Shown here in pieces: positions 53,808 to 64,000 of a stretch of 64,000 bases of DNA. Origin of the DNA: Octopus sinensis (Eukaryota); contig NW_021833293.1 in assembly GCF_006345805.1 (NCBI RefSeq), positions 1 to 64,000 of the forward strand. Reading direction: 5' to 3'. Each line of letters starts with the position of its first letter. The first letter of the stretch is position 1. The translations under genes and the position numbers were made by a program. The notes under the pieces are model-generated. The model made no database searches. It had not been told where the DNA came from and saw only the letters and a list, made by a program, of their open reading frames with translations.

Positions 53808-54139
53808 TAAATGTATGTGTGTGTGCGTGTGTATGTGTCTAGGTATGTGTCTTGGTGCCTGCGTGAGTATGTAGGCATATAAATGATGTCATCCGAAATC
53901 ATTAGTCCGACTGGTGAATACACAACTGAATAAATTTTATATGGTAACAGAAAAATGTATATGAGTCCTTTTAATGACATATTAGTGTATATTGACGTTT
54001 GATCATATTGCAATTTCAATTATAATCTAGCCAATAATGTTAAATATTTATAAATGTGTGCTCTTGGATTTTAAACAGAATTCCACACACGTATTATGAC
54101 CAGACGTCTATGCTTCGAAAAAATAGCACGCAATATTTC
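53467..54139. repeat. Diverged ~110-bp inverted repeat pair (53467-53572 / 54033-54139), MITE-like
   Basis: TTCGAAGCACAGACGTCTGATCATAATAC...CATTTATAAATATTTAACATTATT matches the reverse complement of the right block. Confidence 0.75.
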
Positions 54140-54144
54140 AGTTA

Positions 54145-54734
54145 TTGTTAAGGAGAAGAAGAGACGAGCAAATTTCATATCAGCGCATTTTCTGGTTCTT
54201 ATTCAAATCGAGTGGTACTCATTTGTCGAAATTTTTTGATTTTTTGATCGCATGCAAATGGTTTCAGGCAGTTTTCTGACTAATTTGATGTTGTGTTGCT
54301 AGTTCTCGAGTGGTTTCGGTGTATCTTTCTCAATGACAGTCTTTGATTAAACGTCATCGATAACAGATGGGCGTCTACTACGCTCACGACCTTCAAGGCT
54401 CAGATCTCCACTGCGAAATCGTTTAAACCATATTCGAACTGGTCACTCACTGGTCATTTCCTCACCAAGGGTTTCGTTGATATCGCGAGCAGGTACAGCT
54501 GCTTTACGTCCTTTTTAGAAGTTGAATAGTAAAATTCCTAGAATATCCATTTCAGATGTTTTTAACAACGGTTGAAATATAGCAATATTAATTCATTGAT
54601 GCATTTGGGAAATCAATCTCTGTATTATTGGACAAATTCCCCCCACCCAAATATTTCAAAAAATTTTAAGCTCCGCAAAATTCCGGTACAAATTCGTCAT
54701 GGTTCAAAACGTTGCTTACTTTTTACTCAACCTG

Positions 54735-54735
<1 letters not shown>
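54145..54735 (-). mobile_element. Mariner (Tc1/mariner) relic: one TIR plus transposase N-terminus
   Basis: TA|TCAGGTTGAGTAAAAAGTAAGC terminus; translation from 54550 gives ...ARDINETLGEE..SE*PVRIWFKRFRSGDLSLEGRERSRRPS (Mos1-type HTH) with stops. Confidence 0.88.
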
Positions 54736-54767
<32 letters not shown>

Positions 54768-55779
54768 TGTATGTATGTATGTATGTATGTATGTATGTAT
54801 GTATGTATGTATATGTATGTATATATCTATGTATATATCTACACACACACATATATATATACATCTATATATATTTATATGTATTTATATATATATATAG
54901 ATATATGTATGTATGTATGTATGTATGTATTTATCAGTTTCTTTTATATGATGTAATATAAGCGTTAACAGACACCATATATCATCAAGTAAGTCTAACA
55001 AGCAGCATGTATTCAATATACCTAAAAACTGTCCATTAAGTGACATAGAACTCTACAAATGTGCAAAATTTCAATATGACATATAGAATGTAAATTAAAC
55101 GCACGAAAAAAGCAAAACAAAGAAAAAGAAAACAAGGAAATGGACTGAAACATAGAGAGATGGTAGTAGAAAAGGAATCTTAAAATAGCCAACGGCTATT
55201 ATATTTAATATTTAACATTTATTTTGAAAAGGTTTGTAGAATCTCATTACAGCTGTCTGAGAATTAGTTTGGAAAGAAGATATAATGATATTCTTTAAAT
55301 GATGATGATCATCATCATCATTATCATCATCCCCATCATCATCATCATCGTATTCATCATTGTCATCAACGTATTCCTCATCATCATCATCATCTGGTTT
55401 TGTTCTCTTTTTATCCTGAATCTTTTACTTTTTTTGTCTTCTATTCGTTTTCTGCAAACTCAATGCCGACAAAGATAGTGAGTGAAAGAGAGGGAGGGAG
55501 GGAGAGATAGAGAGACAGAAAGATAGAGGAACACTAAAGACCATTTCTTTGGCAAATCTATTTCCTCTCGGACATTCGCTTATCGATCGATTTTTACGAA
55601 TACTTTCTCAGAACAGAACAACTGATGGGAAACAACCGCAACAACCACTACAACAACAACAACAACAACAACAATAACGACAAAAACAACAACAAAAACA
55701 TCAGCGAAAACATGAACAAAAGCAAGAATAAAGCGAAAAATAATAATCATGATAGTAATACTTAGACTAATACATGTTT

Positions 55780-55828
55780 TTGTTACTATAATAATAATAA
55801 TAATAATCATGATAATAATAATAATAAT

Positions 55829-55896
<68 letters not shown>

Positions 55897-55967
55897 ATAA
55901 CAACAACAACAACAATAATAATTATGATTATTATTATTATTATTATTTTATTATTATTATTATCATG

Positions 55968-56006
<39 letters not shown>

Positions 56007-56453
56007 TATTATTATTATTATGGAAGAAAGCAGATGTAGAAGAGAGAGAAAGAAACCGTCTCGACATAAAATAGGAGAAAAGTAGAGATCTTTGTGTCAT
56101 TTGTTCATTTAATTAACCTTTTTGGAAATATATTGATAATGGTGAGTAAGGGTGTGGGGGAGACAGACCAGATGTCTTGGAATTAGTCGAATGGTGATGG
56201 TAGTGCTGGAGATCGTGCTATTTGGATGTTGTGGAAGTGGTGAGGGTAACGGTGATGATGCTGGTGGTGGTGATTGAAGTGGTATGGTGGTAGTGGTGGT
56301 GGTATGGTGGTAGTGGTGGTAGTATGGTGGTGGTCATAATACTGGTTGATACCATTAATTGGTCGTGATGGTGGTAATGATTATAATTGCGGTGGTTAAC
56401 TGCATGATGATGATGATGATAATGATGATGATGATGATTGACGGTGGTTGCGA

Positions 56454-56484
<31 letters not shown>

Positions 56485-56680
56485 GATGGTGTATGGTGAT
56501 GATAAAGATGATGATAATGACGATGTAGATAATGATGATGATGATATTGATGATGTAGATAATGGTGATGATGGTGCTGCTGCTGATAATGATGATAATG
56601 CTGCTGCTGCTGCGGATGATGATGATGACACAGGCGGTGATGACGGTGATAATGACGACGATGTTGAAGACGATGATAAA
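55780..56680. repeat. (TAA)n/(TTA)n, (GGT)n and (GAT)n microsatellite cluster
   Basis: Direct inspection. Confidence 0.92.
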
Positions 56681-57376
56681 ATAAAAGAAATGAATGAAAC
56701 TTATTTTTTTAAGTAGTAAAATTATATACAGGTAGATGAAAAATAGTCGATAAGAGGGAACAGGTGAGACGGAAAGGAAACGGGTTGTTGTTGTTGTGAT
56801 TGTAAACAGAACGGAGGAGGGGAAGAGGAGTGGAATAATGAAGAGATTGATAAAAATCTTGCTTTCGCAATGTTTACTTTTTACTCGCCAATTCAGACAG
56901 CCCGGTGTCCGTCTAGCAGACTTACCATTCCTTATATCTCTGAAATGTGAGAGAACGGTGTATATTCATTATGTAGTTCTTCTTCTTGTTCTTAGTTGGG
57001 AGAGGGCGAGAGGGAGAGAAAGGAAGAGAGAATATGAGATATTTAAAATGAGGGAGATAGAGAAATAGAAAGAGAGAGTAAGAGATTTGTAATATATGTT
57101 ACTCATCTAAATTAAGAGACAACCAATAGATTGTTGTCCGGTGGACTTACCATACATTCATTATTTTTATTCGAATAATCACACACACAGACAGAATAAA
57201 AGAATTCGAAATGAATGATCGTCTCTTTCATTTTTTATTCTTTTCTCTTCTTTTTCTATCCTCCTCGTCCTTCTCAGTCTTCTACTTCTTGTAACACCAC
57301 CTGCACCACCACCACCACCATCTGCACGACCACCACCAACACCGCCACCACCATCACCACCACCACCACCACCACC

Positions 57377-57432
<56 letters not shown>

Positions 57433-57589
57433 AACCCTTCTTTCCCTCATTCTGTGTCATCTTCTTTCCTTGTCCACCATCACCGCCACCACCATCATTA
57501 TCCACCTCCACGTCATTATCAGGATTTTGTTTTTCTACTCTTTGTTTAATTTTCCTCTTTTCTTCTTTCTTTCATCATCAACATCATCG

Positions 57590-57652
<63 letters not shown>

Positions 57653-57851
57653 ACAACATCATCATTGTCATCGTCGTCATAATCTTCATGTGTGCCTGTG
57701 TATCTACGCAGAGAGAAATCCTAGGAAGAAAATTCTCAAACTTCCCTCTCTGCCTTGCAACCAGCTACACACTACACCCACTTGGAATTTGCCCTTCCCT
57801 GCTATCCATATGCACACACACAAGAAATCAACAGCTTGCATGTGTACACAG

Positions 57852-58241
57852 CTAGCATGAAAGTACTTTCGCTTGTTTTCGCTCCGCAAGGACACCACCG
57901 CTTGCTATATCATTTACGTTATCCTGAAACATTAAACAACACATTTTGCCCGTATGTTTAGCGACCCGCTTAACGTCACAACGTCTACAGAACACAACTT
58001 GATCCTTGAAATTACGAGAAAGAAGTAACCCTTATAATCGGTCAGCAAGCATTCTATATCATTCAATTGTAATAACTCAGGTAATGGAGAGAAACCATAA
58101 GAAACATACTCCGATAACACGAATCATTATTAACGACCGATGGTGCGATATTTGTCAAGCCATCTACATTGTTGACTTACAGACCTTTGGGATTTCGCCC
58201 CAAGAAATTTGTCGGAAGTATTGTTAGGGACTTTCAGATTA
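57852..58241 (-). CDS. Candidate two-exon coding fragment of an unknown gene (58241-58181 and 58004-57852)
   Basis: TTTTAG|61 nt|GTAAGT and TTTCAAG|153 nt ending in TAG; phases are compatible, giving NLKVPNNTSDKFLGAKSQRS-DQVVFCRRCDVKRVAKHTGKMCCLMFQDNV...VLSC*. No recognisable domain. Confidence 0.25.
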
Positions 58242-59708
58242 CTAAAATGTGACTGCAGTATTTAGTGTGCGAATACAATATCGAACCCACTCTACTATGA
58301 ATCAGTAGCTTATTTAAGCGCATCACCGAGGATTCTGTTGACGATGCACTTCGAGTTATTCTAGCTCTTCTAATTGTTAGCAGTAAAAATTCGAGGCTTA
58401 TTTCTTGGGGGGATAATGATGGTGGACAAGGAAAGATGACACAGAATGAGAGAAAGTAGGGTAGTAGTAATAGTTGTGGTTGTGGTTGTGGTGGTGGTGG
58501 TGTTGGTAGTGGTGGTGGTGGTGGTAGTGGTGGTGTGGTGGTGACGGTGGTGCAGGTGATGGTACAAGAAGTAGAGGAATGAGGAAGAGGAGAGGGTGAG
58601 GAGAGAAAAAGAAGAGAAAGGAATTGGAAGGTAGGTGGGAAGAGAAAAAATGATGGAGACGATCATTGATTTCAAATTAATTGTTTCGGGCTATGATGTC
58701 AGGGTCGATAACATATATATATCAGATTGTATATGTTGATATTTTTTCCTTCATCTATACGTACAAAATCGATGACAATGTTGTCAACCAAACTATTGAA
58801 TCCAATTTGTCAATTGTCACTCAGTAGATTAATGAAACTGCGTTTCAAAGGTTTTGACAAATGAATACACTGTATTGGGTTTTGCTTAATATTCCCCACA
58901 ATTCAGTGTTCCTAAGGAACCTTTTACTTCCGTATAATAACTTTCTTTCATGTGTTAAATATTTTTCAGATCAAGCGTTGTTTTTAAAGTCGAGAATGCG
59001 GGTACTGCCAGTGGAAATATCTTAGCCAATGAATTCTTGTTAATTTTTCTTTATTTTCCCAATAAAGATACTTTCCCTTCACTTGGGTGCCTGCCCTATT
59101 GTCCTGCGTGAATCATTATTGCGGGAAATTTGAGTATATCCCGGTAACTCTATGCAACTATAACTGCCAAGAAATTTTGTTGTCAAGTGAAGGCCTAGAG
59201 AACTTGGCTCGGATCGCGTAATTCCTCCATCTTCGGCTGACAGCTGTGTAATTTAGGTTTTCCTCACTCTCTGCTTCCCTCCCTTTCTGTATATATATAT
59301 ATATATATATACAGCAATAAGAATATGGAGGGGATCAAGAGGTGGTATTCATCAACTTTTAGACATTATAGGTTTTTAAAACAAAACAATTATAAAAATA
59401 TATATACATATATAACATATTATGCTTTACATATATAAAAATACCAGTAATTCTTAACATATATAACATAGAACATAGAAAGTAGTATAGTTTCAGCCAA
59501 GAGGTGTTAGTAGTCCACTTCACTTCCATCCTTTCAGTGAACTGAAGTATTTGGTAGATAAGGCACTTGGGTGTGCCTCTGGGCTTCGTCAGAGAGTTTA
59601 GAAAGTTCATAAGGTTAAGTTATAAATAAAAAATACATACATATATACATACTTTTACATATGCATATATACATAAATACATATGTATACAATTATATAT
59701 GTATATAC

Positions 59709-59743
<35 letters not shown>

Positions 59744-59793
59744 TGTAGTATGTATGTATGTATGTATGTATATGTATACAAAGGAATCAGTTA

Positions 59794-60177
59794 TCTCTCT
59801 CTATATAAACGGCAGTTTGTCTGTGCGTTTTCTGTGTGTCTGTTTTCTCGTACCCTCACTCTGACCACGGCTTTCAACCGATTCTGATGAAACTTGACAC
59901 ACACATAGCCCAATGTCATAATTCAAAACTAACGCAGCCAAAATTTTGAAAAGTTCCCCCAGATCTGAAAAAAATCGATAAATTCGACATGGGGTCGAGA
60001 ATCAGAAACCCAAACCACAGACCGTCTAGGGGACGCAACTCCACCTTTTTTAACTCTCAAAAAAAATTTACCATAATTTTTTTTCCATTTTTTTGCTATT
60101 TTTTGGCTATAACTCTCTAAAAATGCTTTATAGTTATTTCCCTTACAAACCTGAGCAACGCCGGGCGATACTGCTAG
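59794..60177 (+). mobile_element. Non-autonomous Helitron
   Basis: 5' A|TC start, subterminal imperfect hairpin CCTGAGCAACGCCGGG, 3' CTAG|T end, no TSD. Confidence 0.85.
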
Positions 60178-60323
60178 TTATTATTATTAGGTGTATTATA
60201 TAATTCTTATTAGATAAATCATAAACATAGGAAAGGGGAAATTATCGAAAGAGAAATAATAGTGGAATTTAAATAATCAATCTATCTTAAGATTATTGTA
60301 GAATGGACAGGTATATAAATGAG

Positions 60324-60378
<55 letters not shown>

Positions 60379-60460
60379 GATAAAATAAAATAATACTAAT
60401 ATAATAGTAATAATAATATTAATAACAACAACAACAACAATAACAACAACAACAACAATG

Positions 60461-60493
<33 letters not shown>

Positions 60494-60630
60494 TAATAAT
60501 AATAATAATAATAATTGAATATATTTACGTACAAACATAACCATAGGTACATACATATTTCATGTGTTGAGAAGGGAGGATTACTGTAGTAGCACGTATT
60601 TTTTTATATAATTATAATAATTATACACAA

Positions 60631-60685
<55 letters not shown>

Positions 60686-60844
60686 TATATATATATATAC
60701 ACACATACATATAAATATGCGATATGTTTTCTATTGAGGGCTTCAGATAAAGGTCCACAATAACTAGGTTAGAGTTTATATTAACACTTGTGATATTAGT
60801 CGGCACTAAAAGTAATAAATTTCCGGGCATTTTTCAAGATATAT

Positions 60845-63230
60845 ACTCTTTTACTCCTTTACTAGTTTAAGCCATGCGGTTGTTGTCATGCTGGAGCACC
60901 ATCATGGTCTTTCTGACTTCCTCAGTCTGGGTGTTTCACATCACCACTCTTGTATGGGCCTTTTTTCCCAGCTATTGGTACATTTGTGTATAATTGAGTG
61001 TTATTCCGCAGTTTTCGTCTGTACCTCATGTCGGGCCGTTGGTTCATACGGCATTGTGGAGAGGAGGATATCTAATTCCTTTTTGAAGACACCTGCTTCC
61101 ACCTTATGCAAATTTCTTACTTTTTGTGGCATGGTATTCAAAAGCTGTGGGCCTTTCAACCCTAGACTATTGTAATACCTAGTCCTGAATTTAGATGGAG
61201 TGGACGGCACCTTTGATACAATGCAATGGCGGCCAGTTCTGGCATTTGTATAGTACTCAATGCCAAAGTTAGGTACTAGCCCTTCTAGCATTTCCATATG
61301 TTTGTTATAGCGTATCTGTCCCGCCTTCGCTCCAAGGAGTAGTGTTGTAATTTTCTGAGGCTATCCCTATAGCTCATTCACTGCACTGTTTCAATCTTTT
61401 TAGTGTAGTGGCGTTGGACTGCTTCAAGCACCGCTGTTAGTTTGGAACAATGTGGTGACCATAACTGGGAACAGCAGTCCAGGCGGCCGAGAACAAAGGT
61501 TCTTCGCAGTGTCAACATACTTTTTTGGACTCTTGTATTGAAGGACCTCAGTACCCATTCTGCCAGTTGTCTTCATTTTGCAGCAATCTTGCTTATATGC
61601 ATGTCCAGTGATGCATCATTGCACATGCCCATCCCAAGTCTTTCACTGCCCGTGACTCTGGGATTGTAGTGCCTTCGAGTCCTATAAATGTACATTGAAC
61701 TTTATTTGTAGTGAGTTTATATTGTAGTTCTTCAAATTTTCCAGCATCAAAATGCATGTTGTTTATTGCAGCCCACTTGTATACTGAGTTCAGGTCTCCC
61801 TGTAAGCTTGTAACATCCTCTAACTTTTTTGCTGCCTGCAATAAGTTTGCGTCATCGGCATAGCTAGTAACAGTGGCTATCAGGGGGACTGTGGGCATGT
61901 CTAAGAGGGCTATTATGAACGGTAATAGCACCAGAACAGTTCCCTGGAGAGCAGCACTTACGAATTCATTTTCCGCAGAAAGGGCGCCATTAGTTGCAAC
62001 CACCTGACTTCTGTTTTTAGCAAGCCATGCAGCCTCTCTCCCACTTTACGGCGATGCGAAGGTCTCGTAGCTTATGACTTATCATGCCGTGATCTACCTT
62101 ATCAAATGCCTTTGCAAAATCAAGGTATATCACACTGACATCTGAATGGTAAAGCAGCTGTTTCAAAACCCAGTCACAATGCTGTAGGAGCTGTGTGAGG
62201 CATCTTCTTCAGTAGGTCATTTTCTTCTAGGAACATTATCAACTTTTTTTTTATGATTCGCTCCATGACTTTACTGATATGCAAAGTCAGAGATATTGGC
62301 CAGTAGATTTTGGCCCCTGCTCTGCTTCCACCTTTGTGGATAGGGCGTATAATACCTTTCAGCTTCTTAGGAAGTATACCACTTGCAAGGAAGCATTGGA
62401 AAAGTATCTGAAGTGGTTTCGCTAAAGCCTGCTTGCACAACTTTAGGAGAATTGCTGGAAATCCATCAGAAGCAGTGGTGGAGCATGAGCTCATTTCATC
62501 TGTAGCCGCTGTTACATCTGTTTCTTCAATGTTGATGTAATCGATGGCTGGTGCCGCCTTTTTCAGAGATGCAATTCAAAAGAACTCAGCTGGATTTGTT
62601 TATCTGCATGTGTCCAAGGGGGGAAGTGAAGACACTTTTAAATTGTTCGCTGTGAGTATCTCACTTATTCTTCCTGGATCTGCTGTCTGTGAGTCATTCC
62701 TTTGGAACAATGGTGCTATTTTATATTGTGTTGTAGCTGTTTCCTTTGCAAATTTATAGAACGCTTTGGAATTTGTTTAATGCTTTCCACAGCCCTTCTC
62801 TCCTCCCTCTCTATTCTTTCCCTTTCATGCGAGAGTTTGATCTTGCTTTCAATTTCTATGAGCGTCGGTGTTAAGACAGACATCTCTATCCGTCAGTTGT
62901 CTATTCATCCGCTTTGAGATCTTTGACCTATGTCTCATGCGACTTTTTTCTGTCCCTGGGAATCTTGTTTCACAGTGTGCTGACATTTCTTTCTGGGATA
63001 TATTTAGCGCGTATAGCTTGCACCGTCGACATAAACTGGCTGAGTTTCAGATCAATGTCTTGCATACACAGAATATCGTAGCAGTATTTGTTTCTAGGTC
63101 TCTTTGCGGGTCGATTCCCATTTCGTCTCATGGGAATTCAGATTGGATAAGGTTTGACTCCTCCTGATAGGGTAGATACCAACAGTTTGCAGAGGACCAT
63201 ATATAGTTAGTTCAACAATGTTGTGCTCTG
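60845..63230 (-). mobile_element. Decayed CR1-group LINE (RT and C-terminus) with 3' tail
   Basis: DGFPAILLK..PL..LF, PISLT.HISKVMERII, YLDFAKAFDKVDH, LQGTVL..LPF, YADD, FKKELD..L..PYEP; frameshifted; ends GGTGCTCCAGCATG...TAAAAGAG. Confidence 0.92.
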
Positions 63231-63425
63231 TATATAAAGGCATATATGTGTTTATATGTATATATATATATATCTTATCTTCTGTCTTTCACTTGTTTCA
63301 GCCATAGACTGCAGCCATGCTGAGGCACATATATATGAACGTAGACCTGTACACATACTCATAGTATGTATTTATGTACATTTTCATATACATACATATT
63401 TTTTACATATAACATATATAGACAT

Positions 63426-63496
<71 letters not shown>

Positions 63497-64000
63497 ATAT
63501 ATATACACCCCTAAACACACGGGCGTGCACACATGCTCACACGTATACATTGTTATTTTTAGGATTAATTTGAATTAGATTATTTGAATATGAAGGACAC
63601 CAAGCTAGAGTTGAGATCCACACGTCCGTGAATATACCATATACAAAGAGAGCTGTATATATCCATGCAGAAAAGTATATAATGCTACTCTTACACATTA
63701 CATTTATGTGTAAACAGAATTATACACATGCGTACAGATGTAGTTGTACATGGCATTACATATTCATGCACACCGACATGCATTTTCATGATCCAAAATA
63801 AGTTCAGATCCAACATATGTAAGTTTTCAGGTATGGTGTTTACAAAAAAATAAGAACACGAATATGTTAAAGGTTCACATTAGGTGTTTGAGACACGTTT
63901 TTCGTTGTAGAATATTTCGATTACGTCATGAGAAAACCGTTTCCTTCAGCCGATTTAAAAATTTAAACACATTAAGTTTTGTCTCTATTCAAAACGAAAA

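Overview
AT-rich, gene-poor eukaryotic DNA dominated by microsatellites and transposon debris. The SINE and microsatellite make-up resembles an octopus (cephalopod) genome; that assignment is inference. Bases 1-10759 are a 41-bp palindrome-containing satellite with higher-order structure. The rest holds decayed non-LTR retrotransposons (Tx1/L1-like copies in (TATC)n, an R4/Dong-like element ending in (TAA)n, CR1-group elements, a rearranged Penelope-like RT/GIY-YIG element), tRNA-derived SINEs, Helitron-like elements, a mariner relic and a near-identical 1.4-kb inverted duplication. No intact host gene was recognised, and nearly all ORFs in the track are microsatellite translations. The most notable signal is absent from the ORF track: about ten type-I hammerhead ribozyme motifs, intact to decayed. 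Five of them lie in three non-coding insertions made of a circularly permuted ~475-495-nt unit plus an inverted terminal fragment, each embedded in (TA)n. This looks like a Penelope-mobilised, retrozyme-like, circular-RNA-producing element system. All structures were read by eye; no folding or database search was run.
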